In this document: positions 13,641 to 23,542 of the stretch, in pieces
Layout of the letters: each line of letters starts with the position of its first letter
How positions within the stretch are numbered: position 1 is the stretch's first letter
From: Thalassobaculaceae bacterium
Lineage (GTDB): Bacteria > Pseudomonadota > Alphaproteobacteria > Thalassobaculales > Thalassobaculaceae
Direction of reading: 5' to 3'
Assembly: GCA_965228875.1 (NCBI GenBank)
Contig: OZ245843.1
Span: 2,834,616-2,898,615 of the forward strand
Length of the DNA stretch: 64,000 nt
Notes under the pieces: generated by a model
The model's input: the letters and a program-made list of their open reading frames with translations, nothing else
Databases searched by the model: none
What the model was told of the DNA's origin: nothing
Made by a program: the position numbers and the translations under genes

Positions 13641-14795
13641 CTACTCCGCCGCGACGCTGGTATCGGCCGCCGGGTTCGAGACGGTCTGCCCGGCGGCCCG
13701 CTCCGCCTCGATCTGCGCCGCCTTCTCCTCGATCAGCTCGACCATGTGGTCGACCACGTCCTTGCTCTTCAGGCGATGGTCGGGCTGGCCGGCGATATAG
13801 ACCATATGGGTGCCGTTGCCGCCGCCGGTGATGCCGATATCGGTCTCGCGTGCCTCGCCCGGGCCGTTCACCACGCAGCCGATCACCGAGACCGTCATCG
13901 GCGTGGTGATATGGGCCAGCCGCTCCTCGAGCACCCGGACGTTCTCGATGACGTCGAACTGCTGGCGGGCGCAGGACGGGCAGGAGATCACGTTCACCCC
14001 CCGATGGCGCAGGTTCAGCGACTTCAGGATATCGAAGCCGACCTTCACCTCCTCCTCCGGCGGCGCCGAGAGCGAGACCCGGATGGTGTCGCCGATACCG
14101 CTCCACAGCAGCATGCCGAGACCGATCGACGACTTTACCGTGCCGACCCGCTGGGCGCCGGCCTCGGTCACGCCGAGATGGAGCGGATAGTCGCAGGCAT
14201 CCGCCAGCCCCTGGTAGGCGGCGACGGCGAGAAAGACGTCGGAGGCCTTCACGCTGATCTTGAAGTCGCGGAAATCGTTGTCCTCGAGGATCTTCGCATG
14301 ATCGAGCGCGCTCTCGACCATGGCCTCGGGGCAGGGTTCGCCGTATTTCTCGAGCAGGTGCTTCTCCAGGCTGCCGGCGTTCACGCCGATGCGCATGGAG
14401 CAGCCGTGATCCTTGGCCGCCTGGACGACCTCGCGCACCCGCGCGGCGGAGCCGATGTTGCCCGGATTGATGCGCAGACAGGCGGCACCGTTCTCCGCCG
14501 CCTCGATGGCGCGTTTGTAGTGGAAGTGGATATCGGCCACGATCGGGACTGAGACCTGGGCGGTGATCTCTTTCAGCGCCCTGGAGGACGCCTCGTCGGG
14601 GCAGCTCACACGCACGATATCGGCCCCCGCCGCCTCGCAACGCCGGATCTGCTCGACCGTCGCCTTCACGTCGGCGGTCAGGGTGTTCGTCATGGTCTGA
14701 ACGGAGATCGGCGCCCCGTCGCCGACGGGCACGGACCCGACCTGGACGCGCCGGGACGGTCGACGATGGATATCGCGGTAGGGACGGACACTCAT
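13641..14795 (-). CDS. ispG: 4-hydroxy-3-methylbut-2-en-1-yl diphosphate synthase
   Basis: [37 protein letters not shown]. Confidence 0.98.
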   Translation of the reverse strand: MSVRPYRDIHRRPSRRVQVGSVPVGDGAPISVQTMTNTLTADVKATVEQIRRCEAAGADIVRVSCPDEASSRALKEITAQVSVPIVADIHFHYKRAIEAAENGAACLRINPGNIGSAARVREVVQAAKDHGCSMRIGVNAGSLEKHLLEKYGEPCPEAMVESALDHAKILEDNDFRDFKISVKASDVFLAVAAYQGLADACDYPLHLGVTEAGAQRVGTVKSSIGLGMLLWSGIGDTIRVSLSAPPEEEVKVGFDILKSLNLRHRGVNVISCPSCARQQFDVIENVRVLEERLAHITTPMTVSVIGCVVNGPGEARETDIGITGGGNGTHMVYIAGQPDHRLKSKDVVDHMVELIEEKAAQIEAERAAGQTVSNPAADTSVAAE

Positions 14796-14930
14796 GGGTG
14801 GCCTCGATCGTCGGCTTCACGGAGTTGGCGGCATCGCCCGCCGGTTCGTCGATCCCGGACCTCGCGGATCCGGCCCACAGGGAGCCCGGCTCTTATAGAC
14901 GATGACCGCCGGCTGCGAAAGACGGACCGG

Positions 14931-14983
14931 CAGGGAACCGTCCACGGGAACGGGTCACGGGAACGGGTCACGGGGACCAGTCA
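14931..14983. repeat. 13-bp imperfect tandem repeat (about 4 copies) between rodZ and ispG
   Basis: CAGGGAACCGTC / CACGGGAACGGGT / CACGGGAACGGGT / CACGGGGACCAGT. Confidence 0.8.
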
Positions 14984-15045
14984 TTCAGGTTGCTCTCGTG
15001 GTGCCGCTTGGCAAGCCCGCTCTGCGTTCCACGGCGCTCCAGGGG

Positions 15046-16371
15046 TCAGTTGCGCTTGGAGATCGCCGTACCAGACGTCAGGCGCTCGGGATCGAGAACG
15101 ATGTTCCGAACCACCTCGCCGAAAGTCCCGAGCCCCGGCGTCGGACGCCCGTCGACGACCACTTCGAGCGCTCCGGCATTGCCGGTGGCGAGCGTCAGAC
15201 CGGGGCGGTCCGGCACGCGGTAGACATCGCCGTTGCGCAACACCCGGGTGAACAGGGTGGTCCCATCCTCGGCGCGGACCTGGACCCAGCTCTCGCCGGT
15301 GGCCCGTACGACAATGCGCTCGACCGCCGCCGGCGCCTGGCTGCCGCCCGCCGGATCGTGCACCGCCGCCTCGGAGGCCCCGATCAGGCCGCTCAGACGT
15401 GGCGCGCTCGGCACCGCGCTGCGGACCTGAGCGTCGACGCTCTCCGCCGGGGGCGATCCGGCCGGCCGCGCTCCGACCTGCTGCGGGTTGGCCGACTGCA
15501 GATTGGCCGACTGCGGGTTGACCGTCTGCGGGTTGGCCGCTTCCGCACGGGTCGCCGTCCCCGTGGTGCGATCGGTCGCCGCGACGGGCGGTTCCTCTGT
15601 CTCGGACGTTGCGGTGGTCCGAGCTCCGGCCGGAGCCTTTACGACAAGGGTGTTTTCCGGAAGGGTGCTTTCCGGCGCGCGCGTTTCGACCTCGGCGGAT
15701 CGGGTCGTGGCACCCGACGACTCCGTGTCCGTCGCGACGGTGCCGGTCGCAACGGTGTCCGTCTCGCGGGCGGTCACCGGGCGGGCGGTCACCGGGACAC
15801 CGCTCGGATTGGCCGCGCGATAGCCGCTTTCGGCCGTCGATGTCGGATCTGCAGGCGCGCCGCCGGCGGTCGTGGCCGGAGCCGAGACCGGCACCGGCAC
15901 GCTGGGCGCGGCGCCCTGTCCCTCGATCAGGGTCGCCAGACGTTCCGGCACCTCCGGCACCATGTCGTAGACCGACATGCCGCGCTCCGACATCCAGTAC
16001 CAGCCGCCGTAGGCGACGCCTGCCAGCAGAACCGAGGCGAACATCAGGCCGAGGCCGGGAACGCGTCCCTCCGGCGCCGGGGACGGAAACACCAGTTCCG
16101 TTCGCTTGTCGAGACCGGCGGCCTCCGCCTTGAAGCTCGTGACCGCCTGCTCGACATCCAGGCCGAGAAACGCGGCGTAGGTCCGAACGTAGCCGATGGC
16201 GTAAGTCACGCCGGGCAGCGCGTCGGGGCGGCCGTCCTCGAGGGCGGCAAGGAACTCGCGACGAATGCGAAGCTGTGCGGCGACGTCGTCGAGCGCAAGC
16301 CCGGCCGCCTCGCGCGCCTCGGTCAGCGCACGCCCGATGGTCAGTCCAGCGTCGGAGTCTCGATATGACAT
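15046..16371 (-). CDS. rodZ: RodZ-like cytoskeleton protein (HTH, one TM segment, linker, DUF4115)
   Basis: IGRALTEAREA...LRIRREFLAALE...GYVRTYA HTH, TM helix, C-terminal SWVQV...TGNAGAL. ATG at 16371 follows AAAGGAG; an alternative start is at 16674. Confidence 0.88.
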   Translation of the reverse strand: MSYRDSDAGLTIGRALTEAREAAGLALDDVAAQLRIRREFLAALEDGRPDALPGVTYAIGYVRTYAAFLGLDVEQAVTSFKAEAAGLDKRTELVFPSPAPEGRVPGLGLMFASVLLAGVAYGGWYWMSERGMSVYDMVPEVPERLATLIEGQGAAPSVPVPVSAPATTAGGAPADPTSTAESGYRAANPSGVPVTARPVTARETDTVATGTVATDTESSGATTRSAEVETRAPESTLPENTLVVKAPAGARTTATSETEEPPVAATDRTTGTATRAEAANPQTVNPQSANLQSANPQQVGARPAGSPPAESVDAQVRSAVPSAPRLSGLIGASEAAVHDPAGGSQAPAAVERIVVRATGESWVQVRAEDGTTLFTRVLRNGDVYRVPDRPGLTLATGNAGALEVVVDGRPTPGLGTFGEVVRNIVLDPERLTSGTAISKRN

Positions 16372-16851
16372 CGCGTCTCCTTTCTCGTCCGCCGATCCGC
16401 CGGCGGATCGTCCGGCCCGCGCTCGCCAGCCGGTCCCGCGCCCGCTTCCGACACGCGGACCGCGGTGGCTGGCGGCACCCGTTGTCGGCGATCGGTCCTC
16501 GCGCCCTCCGGCCTCGTTCGCGGCCGATCCGGACTCCGCCATACCAGACTCTGCCAGACCGGCATCCGACCGACGCGACGCCCCGTCGACGCCCTGCATT
16601 CGGACACGCCCGGGCTCGGCCAGGGCCTCGATCTCCGTCAGCCGTAGCTTCGTCCGTGCTGTCTTGAGCGCCATGTCGCCTCGAACACGCGGCGGAGCCT
16701 CGAAAGGCGGTCCGCGTCTCCGCCCGCGCGAACCGCTCTCAATCGGGCATGACGTTACTTCAATGAGTCATGTAATTCAATTCGCTATTCAACGTAGCGG
16801 TGTCGTAACCTTAGATAATCGGCACCGAAATACGGCCCCAACGACCATTTT

Positions 16852-19116
16852 TCATCGCCGGTCGGCGAGATAACTCTGCAAGCGATTTCGAATGGAACCC
16901 GTGGTTTTTTGCATCGAATACAAAATAAAATCTGACAACTGATTGATTTCTGTGGAAATAATGGCTTCCTTCACTGGCCCCAGTGAAGCGGGAGGCATCG
17001 ACAGCACCCGGTACCCAAGCGCCGCCAGGGCCAGCGCCTCCATCGGTCGACCGGCCATCTCGCCACAGACCGACACGTCGATCCCGGCCGACCGGCCCGC
17101 GTCGCCGATGCGTCTGAGAGCGGAGAGAAACAGGGTCGACAACGGATCGTAGCGGGTGGCCGTGCGCTCGCCGCCCCGGTCAGCGGCAAACAGGAACTGC
17201 AGCAGGTCGTTGCTGCCGACGGAGAGGAAGTCCGCGGCGTCCGCCAGCGCGTCGACGGTCAGCAGGGCGGAAGGGACCTCGACCATCGCCCCGACGGCGA
17301 TAGAGGCCGGCATCTCGGGCAACCGGTCCGCAGCGCGGGCGATCTCCAGGTCCACGATCGCGCGGGCGGCGCGGAACTCCTCCACCGTCGCGACCATCGG
17401 CACCATGATCTTCAGCGGCCGCCTTCCAGCGGCATGGATCATCGCCCGCACCTGCTGTCGCAGGATGGCCGGCTGATCGAGGCCGATCCGCAACGCCCGC
17501 CAACCGAGCGCCGGATTCTCCTCGACGTCGTGGACGAACGAATGCAACCGCTTGTCGCCGCCGGCATCGAGCGTGCGGAACGTCACCGGCCGGTCACCGG
17601 CACCGTCGAGAATCCGGCGGTACAGCTCGGTCTGGGCCCTGACGTCCGGATACTCGCGGCGGACCAGGAACGGGATCTCTGTTCTATACAGACCGATGCC
17701 TTCGGCGCCGACCACGTCGAGCTGACTGACGTCGACCAGCAGGCCCGCGTTCATCTGCAGGGAGATGCGCACGCCGTCGCGGCTCACCGCAGCCGTGTCG
17801 CGCAGGGCCGCGTAGTGCGCCCGCATCGCCTCGCGCGCCGCCAGACTGTCGCGGAACTGGGCGCGGGCGTCGTCGCCCGGTCGGATGAACACCTGGGCGT
17901 GGTCGCCATCGACGATCAGCGAATCTCCGGGATCGACCTCGTCGATCAGATGCGGGAGCCGGCCGACCACCGGGATGTCCAGCGCCCGGGCAACGATGCC
18001 GACATGGGCGGTCGCCGACGCCTCCTCGAGCACCAGTCCCTTGAGCGTGTCGCCGGCATAATCCAGCAGTTCCGCCGGCCCCATGGACCGGGCGACGAGG
18101 ATGAACGGCTCGTCAGCCCCCTCCGACGGTTCGGTCTCCTCGCCGGGGGCGAGCCGGCGCAGCAGCCGCAGGGCGACGTCCTCGAAATCGGCCAGCCGCT
18201 CGCGCAGATATTCGTCCTTCACCGCCGCCATTCGCGCGCGGGTGTCGTCGCGCACCCGCTGAACCGCGGCCGCCGCCGTCAATCCGCTGTCGATGGCATC
18301 GCGGATCCGGCCGATCCAGCCAGTATCCCGGGCGATGAGACGATAGGTCTCGAGCACATCGCGATGCTCGCCGGCCGACGACAGCGCCTCGGACTCCATG
18401 ATCCGGTCGAGCGACTCGTGCATGTCGGCGAGCGCCATGCGCAGCAGGGCGTGTTCCGTCGCCGGATCCTCGGCGACGACGCCGCCGATGACCACCCGCG
18501 GCTGGTGCAGGCGAGCCTTGCCGATGGCGACACCCTCGTGGATCCGGATACCGGGAATCAGCAACGGCCCGCGGTCGCGCCCCGGATCTCCGCCGGGCAG
18601 GCTCATGCTGGTCAGGACCTCGGCCAGGACCATGGCCAGGGTCTCCAGCGACTCCACCTCCTCCTCGGTCAGTTCCCGCATCGAGACGTGCTGGACGACA
18701 AGGACCCCGAGAACCCGCTCGGAGCGGCGGATCGGGACACCGGTGAACGACTGGAACGCCTCCTCCCCGGTCTCCGGGCGATAGGCGAACTTCGGATGGC
18801 GCTGCGCCTCGGCCAGGGACAGCGGCATCCGGGTCTCTGCGATATGCCCGACCAGCCCCTCGCCCGGCTGAAAGAACAGGCGGTGCACCGCCTGGGGATT
18901 GAGCCCCTGGGTGGCGCACAGTTCCAGCACCCGGCCGGGGCGCTGGACATAGATCGAGCAGACCTCGGCGCCCAGCTCGTGGGCGATGACCTGGACCGTG
19001 CTGTCGAGCCGCTGCTGCGGCGTCCCGATCCCCGCCATGACGTCGCGCAGACGGCGCAGCATCTCGCGGGGACCGCCCCCCCGTCCGGACCCGTTCTTTC
19101 CGGCGGGTGCGTTCAT
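16852..19116 (-). CDS. ptsP: PEP-protein phosphotransferase EI-Ntr (GAF + EI)
   Basis: N-terminal GAF domain, TAHVGIVARA phospho-His, GIGLYRTE, RTLDAGGDK, SVGSNDL, CGEMAG. Confidence 0.96.
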   Translation of the reverse strand: MNAPAGKNGSGRGGGPREMLRRLRDVMAGIGTPQQRLDSTVQVIAHELGAEVCSIYVQRPGRVLELCATQGLNPQAVHRLFFQPGEGLVGHIAETRMPLSLAEAQRHPKFAYRPETGEEAFQSFTGVPIRRSERVLGVLVVQHVSMRELTEEEVESLETLAMVLAEVLTSMSLPGGDPGRDRGPLLIPGIRIHEGVAIGKARLHQPRVVIGGVVAEDPATEHALLRMALADMHESLDRIMESEALSSAGEHRDVLETYRLIARDTGWIGRIRDAIDSGLTAAAAVQRVRDDTRARMAAVKDEYLRERLADFEDVALRLLRRLAPGEETEPSEGADEPFILVARSMGPAELLDYAGDTLKGLVLEEASATAHVGIVARALDIPVVGRLPHLIDEVDPGDSLIVDGDHAQVFIRPGDDARAQFRDSLAAREAMRAHYAALRDTAAVSRDGVRISLQMNAGLLVDVSQLDVVGAEGIGLYRTEIPFLVRREYPDVRAQTELYRRILDGAGDRPVTFRTLDAGGDKRLHSFVHDVEENPALGWRALRIGLDQPAILRQQVRAMIHAAGRRPLKIMVPMVATVEEFRAARAIVDLEIARAADRLPEMPASIAVGAMVEVPSALLTVDALADAADFLSVGSNDLLQFLFAADRGGERTATRYDPLSTLFLSALRRIGDAGRSAGIDVSVCGEMAGRPMEALALAALGYRVLSMPPASLGPVKEAIISTEINQLSDFILYSMQKTTGSIRNRLQSYLADRR

Positions 19117-19121
19117 CGCCG

Positions 19122-20366
19122 TCAGCCGTCACCCTCGGCATCGAGACCGTAGGCGGTGTGCAGCGCACGCACGGCGAGCTCCGTATAGTCGTCGGAGATC
19201 AGCACGCTGACCTTGATCTCGGATGTCGAGATGACCTGAATGTTGATGCCCTTGTCGGCCAGCGTCTGGAACATGGTCTTGGCCACGCCCGGCTGGCTGC
19301 GCATGCCGACGCCGACGACCGAAATTTTGCAGACGTTCGGATCGGCGACGATGTCGTCATAGTTGAGCTCGGCCTTCAGCCCGTCCAGAACCTGACGGGC
19401 ACGGTCGAGGTCCGTCGCGCCGACGGTGAAGGTCAGATCGGTCGACTGGCCGTCCTGGCTTACGTTCTGGACGATCATGTCGACGTTGACGGCGCTGTCG
19501 GCGAGCGACCCGAAGATGGCTCCCGCGACGCCGGGACGGTCCGGCACGCCGACCAGCGTTACCTTGGCTTCGTCCGGGGCATAGGCGATACCGGTGACGA
19601 CTTGCTGCTCCACGATCTCTCCCTCGTCGACGACCAGCGTACCGGGCTTGTCCTCGAAGCTGGAGAGGACCTGCACGCGCACGCCGTGCTGCATGGCCAT
19701 GGCGACCGACCTGGTCTGCAGAACCTTGGCCCCCTGCGAGGCCAGTTCCAGCATCTCCTCGTAGGTGATGCGGTCGATCTTCCGCGCCTTGGCGGTGATT
19801 CGCGGATCGGTGGTATAGACCCCGTCCACGTCCGTATATATGTCGCACCGGTCGGCATCCAACGCGGCGGCGAGCGCGACGGCCGACGTGTCGGAACCGC
19901 CCCGTCCCAGCGTGGTGATCCGGTTGTCGGGCCCGATACCCTGGAACCCGGCCACGACGGCGACCTGCCCCCCTCTGTCTCCGGTGGGGGCGAACCGCTC
20001 CCGCATCAGGGTGGTGTCGATCGCGTCGATCCGCGCCTTCCCGTGAATGCCGTCGGTGCGGAACGGGATCTGCCAGCCAAGCCAGGACCGGGCGTTGACG
20101 CCGAGGTCCTGCAACGCGAGCGCCAGCAGGCCGACCGTGACCTGCTCGCCCGAAGCGACGACGACATCGTACTCGCGGGCGTCGTGCAGGCGCGCGATCT
20201 CGTTGGTCCAGGAGACAAGCTGGTTGGTGGTGCCGGACATCGCCGAGACCACGACCGCAACCTCGTTGCCGGCGTCCACCTCGGCCTTGACGCGGCGCGC
20301 CACGTTCTTGATCCGGTCCGTATCGCCGACGGACGTGCCGCCGAATTTCATAACGATGCGCGCCAT
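19122..20366 (-). CDS. lysC: Aspartate kinase
   Basis: VMKFGGTSV, TLGRGGSDTSA, YTDVDGVYTTDPR, two ACT domains; ATG at 20366. Confidence 0.97.
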   Translation of the reverse strand: MARIVMKFGGTSVGDTDRIKNVARRVKAEVDAGNEVAVVVSAMSGTTNQLVSWTNEIARLHDAREYDVVVASGEQVTVGLLALALQDLGVNARSWLGWQIPFRTDGIHGKARIDAIDTTLMRERFAPTGDRGGQVAVVAGFQGIGPDNRITTLGRGGSDTSAVALAAALDADRCDIYTDVDGVYTTDPRITAKARKIDRITYEEMLELASQGAKVLQTRSVAMAMQHGVRVQVLSSFEDKPGTLVVDEGEIVEQQVVTGIAYAPDEAKVTLVGVPDRPGVAGAIFGSLADSAVNVDMIVQNVSQDGQSTDLTFTVGATDLDRARQVLDGLKAELNYDDIVADPNVCKISVVGVGMRSQPGVAKTMFQTLADKGINIQVISTSEIKVSVLISDDYTELAVRALHTAYGLDAEGDG

Positions 20367-20512
20367 CGTCCATCCGCTCCGACAATTCAGGGTGCCGCCC
20401 GAGATGCGCTTTTCAGTCGCAAAGACTTGCCGCGCCGCGGCGGCGCTATCCATATTACGGGGACCCCGTCGGGGCAAGCGGCAGGGCCGTGAAACTGCTC
20501 AGGGATATCGCC

Positions 20513-21301
20513 ATGTTGAGGTCATTGCCGTGCCGCAGGGCGCCGGGCCGCGCCGAAGCCGCGCCCGCCCGCCCTGTCGGCACCGTCGATCCGGCCGATA
20601 TCGACCGGTTTGCCGGCCTCGCGACACGATGGTGGGACCCGGACGGTCCCCACGCGCCCCTGCACCGCTACGTCCCGGTGCGCATGGAGGTGATCCGCGA
20701 CGCGCTGGCGCCGCTGTCCCGCGCGGCGGACGCGCGCCGTGTCCTGAACGGCCTCGACGTGCTGGACATCGGCTGCGGCGGCGGGCTGCTGTCTGAGCCG
20801 ATGACGCGGCTCGGCGCGCGGGTCACCGGGGTCGACGCCGACGCCGCCGGGATCGCCGCCGCGATCGCCCATGCCGGCGAGGTGGGGCTGGACATCGACT
20901 ATCGGGCCGGCGCTGCCGAGGACCTCGCGGCGGAGGGCTGCACCTTCGACGCCGTCATCGCCAGCGAGGTGGTCGAGCACGTCGCCGACAAGCCGGCCTT
21001 CGTCGACGCCCTGGCATCCCTGCTGCGGCCAGGCGGCGTACTGGTACTGACGACGATCAACCGCACGGCCCGGTCCCGCGCCCAGGTAATCCTGGCGGCG
21101 GAATACATCCTGCGCTGGGTGCCGCGCGGCACCCATGACTGGACCCAGTTCCCGACGCCCGAGGAGATGACCGCGCTGCTGGACGCGGCCGGGTTCGACG
21201 TCGACGAGCCGCTCGGCCTCAGGTTCGATCCGATCGACGGCAGCTTCGCGGTGTCCGGCGACGTCCAGGTGAACTACGCGCTGGTGGCGCGGCGGCGCTG
21301 A
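20513..21301 (+). CDS. ubiG: Ubiquinone biosynthesis O-methyltransferase
   Basis: WWDPDGP..PLH, LDIGCGGGLLSEPM, EVVEHV, TINRT, PRGTHDW; divergent from lysC. Start position uncertain. Confidence 0.93.
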   Translation: MLRSLPCRRAPGRAEAAPARPVGTVDPADIDRFAGLATRWWDPDGPHAPLHRYVPVRMEVIRDALAPLSRAADARRVLNGLDVLDIGCGGGLLSEPMTRLGARVTGVDADAAGIAAAIAHAGEVGLDIDYRAGAAEDLAAEGCTFDAVIASEVVEHVADKPAFVDALASLLRPGGVLVLTTINRTARSRAQVILAAEYILRWVPRGTHDWTQFPTPEEMTALLDAAGFDVDEPLGLRFDPIDGSFAVSGDVQVNYALVARRR

Positions 21302-21308
21302 GTCGCCG

Positions 21309-22544
21309 CTACGCGTAGCTGCGCTGGTCGTCGATCACCTTGCCGTCGTTCGGCAGGCTGTCCGGGGCGACCAGCGTCACCTCGCCGCGCATCTTCGTAA
21401 CGGACTGCAGCGTCTCGGCGATCGCCGCCTTCAGGCTATCGTCCTGCGTGGAGACCTCGGCCGACAGGGTCATCGCATCCACCCCCTTCTCGCCGGTCAC
21501 GACCAACCGAGCACGCCCGATTTCCGGATGGCGGGCGGCGATCTGGGCGACCTGGGAGGGATGGACGAACATGCCCTTGACCTTGGTGGTCTGGTCGGCC
21601 CGCCCCATCCAGCCCTTGATCCGCAGGTTGGTGCGCCCGCAGTCGCTCGGGCCGGCCAGCACGGCCGACATGTCGCCGGTGGCGAAGCGGACCAGCGGGT
21701 AATGCGGGTTGAGCACGGTGACAACGATCTCGCCGACCTCGCCGTCGGGCACCGGATCGCCGGTGCCGGGACGCACGATCTCGACGATCGCGCCCTCGTC
21801 GCAGATCATGCCCTCCCGCGATCCGGCCTCGTAGGCGATCAGGCCGCAGTCGGCGGTGGCATAGGCCTGGAAGCAGGCGACTCCCATCGCCTCGATCTCG
21901 GCCCGCAGGCTCGGCGGCAACGCGCCGCCGGAGACGAGCGCGTGCCTGAGCGACGCGACGTCCTTGCCGGCCTCCGCGCCCTTCTCGAGCAGCGTCTTGA
22001 GGAAGGCGGGAGTCCCGAAGTATCCGGACGGCTTCAGGGCGACGATCGCGTCGAGCTGCTGTTCGGTGTTGCCCACGCCGCCCGGGATCACGGGGCAACC
22101 GAGCGCCTCCGCCGCCGCCTGGCCGATCCAGCCGCCGGGCGTGAGGTGATAGGCGAAGGTGTTGAGGATCAGGTCGCCCTTGCGGAAACCGGCGGCGAAC
22201 AGCGCGCGGGCGAAGCGGTAGTAGTCGTCCGCATGCCCTTCCGGCTCAAGAATCGGTCCCGGAGAGATCAGCACCCGTGCCAGATCCGACACCGGCGTGG
22301 CGTTGAGGCCACCGAACGGCGGCTCCGCCTTCTGCAGGTCGATCAGATCCGACTTGCGCAGGATCGGCAGCCCGGCCAGTTCCCGGCGCGAGACAACCTC
22401 CGCCGGGTCGACATCGGCGAGACTGCGCGCGAAGTAGCTGGTGTTCGCCTTCGCGTGGGCGATGTGCGCCGGCAGGATCTCCGCCAGGGACGCGGCGCGT
22501 TCGTCGGCGCTGCGGGTCTCCAGCGCGTCGTAGTGCTCGGCCAT
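21309..22544 (-). CDS. Phenylacetate-CoA ligase-like AMP-binding protein
   Basis: SPGPILEPEG, YATAD.GLIAYE, RFATGD.S, GRADQTTKVKGMFVHP. Confidence 0.88.
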   Translation of the reverse strand: MAEHYDALETRSADERAASLAEILPAHIAHAKANTSYFARSLADVDPAEVVSRRELAGLPILRKSDLIDLQKAEPPFGGLNATPVSDLARVLISPGPILEPEGHADDYYRFARALFAAGFRKGDLILNTFAYHLTPGGWIGQAAAEALGCPVIPGGVGNTEQQLDAIVALKPSGYFGTPAFLKTLLEKGAEAGKDVASLRHALVSGGALPPSLRAEIEAMGVACFQAYATADCGLIAYEAGSREGMICDEGAIVEIVRPGTGDPVPDGEVGEIVVTVLNPHYPLVRFATGDMSAVLAGPSDCGRTNLRIKGWMGRADQTTKVKGMFVHPSQVAQIAARHPEIGRARLVVTGEKGVDAMTLSAEVSTQDDSLKAAIAETLQSVTKMRGEVTLVAPDSLPNDGKVIDDQRSYA

Positions 22545-22590
22545 CGGGCCCTCCAGCGGGAAAAGGCGGGGTCGATCCGCAGGCGCCGGG

Positions 22591-23439
22591 TCAGCCGATC
22601 CAGCGCTTGCGGCGGCGGTAGTGCTTGACGTCGCGGAAGCTCTGCCGGCCCTCGCCGCCGAGGCCGAGGTAGAACTCCTTGACGTCCTCGTTGTTGCGCA
22701 GCTGCTCGGCCTCGCCCTCCATGACGACGCGGCCGCTCTCAAGGATGTAGCCGAACTTCGCGTATTTCAGCGCGATGTTGGTGTTCTGCTCGGCCAGCAG
22801 GATGGTCACCCCCTCTTGCTCGTTGATCCGCTTGACGATCTCGAAGATCTGCTCGACCAGCTGCGGGGCGAGGCCCATCGACGGTTCGTCCAGCAGGATC
22901 ATCTTCGGCCGGCTCATCAGCGCCCGGCCGATCGCCGTCATCTGCTGCTCGCCGCCGGACGTGTAGCCCGCCTGGCTGTTCCGCCGCTCGCGTAGGCGCG
23001 GGAAATAGTCGTAGACCATTTCCAGGTCCTGCTGGATGCCGGCCCGGTCGCCGCCTCGGGTGAAGGCGCCGGTGAGCAGGTTCTCCTCGACGGTCAGGTG
23101 CTCGAAGCAGTGCCGCCCCTCCATCACCTGGATGCAGCCACGCTTGACGAGTTCGTTGGGGCTGGAGGCCTGGACGGCGACGCCGTCGAATTCGATGCTG
23201 CCCTTGGTGACCTCGCCGCGCTCGGTGCCGAGCAGGTTCGAGATCGCCTTGAGCGTCGTGGTCTTGCCGGCGCCATTCGCGCCTAGGATGGCGACGATGC
23301 CGCCCTTGGGAACCTCCAGCGAGATGCCGCGCAGCACCAGGATCACGTGGTCGTAGATGACCTCGATGTTGTTGACCTTGAGCAGGGGCGCGTCGGCGCC
23401 GGTACTGGCAGCGGGACGGTCGGTCTGGGCAACGCTCAT
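22591..23439 (-). CDS. LIV-type ABC transporter ATP-binding protein (LivF-like)
   Basis: GANGAGKTT, SGGEQQM, LDEPSMGLAP. Confidence 0.94.
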   Translation of the reverse strand: MSVAQTDRPAASTGADAPLLKVNNIEVIYDHVILVLRGISLEVPKGGIVAILGANGAGKTTTLKAISNLLGTERGEVTKGSIEFDGVAVQASSPNELVKRGCIQVMEGRHCFEHLTVEENLLTGAFTRGGDRAGIQQDLEMVYDYFPRLRERRNSQAGYTSGGEQQMTAIGRALMSRPKMILLDEPSMGLAPQLVEQIFEIVKRINEQEGVTILLAEQNTNIALKYAKFGYILESGRVVMEGEAEQLRNNEDVKEFYLGLGGEGRQSFRDVKHYRRRKRWIG

Positions 23440-23497
23440 CGCGGGGTTCCCTCTCGGGCCGGCGGGCCGGCCGGCGGTGGTCGCGTTCGGATGGAGA

Positions 23498-23525
23498 GGA
23501 GGCGCCGGATCGCTCCGGCGCCTCC
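23498..23525. terminator. Intercistronic hairpin downstream of the substrate-binding-protein gene
   Basis: GGAGGCGCCGGA-TCGC-TCCGGCGCCTCC, a 12-bp perfect stem. Confidence 0.65.
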
Positions 23526-23542
23526 GGGTTCGGGTGCCCCGG

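Noticed and set aside
15478..15540. NPQTV/NPQSA/NLQSA/NPQQV repeats in RodZ and SE(A/T)(A/T)Q repeats in the DUF4167 protein
   Set aside because: Ordinary low-complexity linker expansions within coding sequence.
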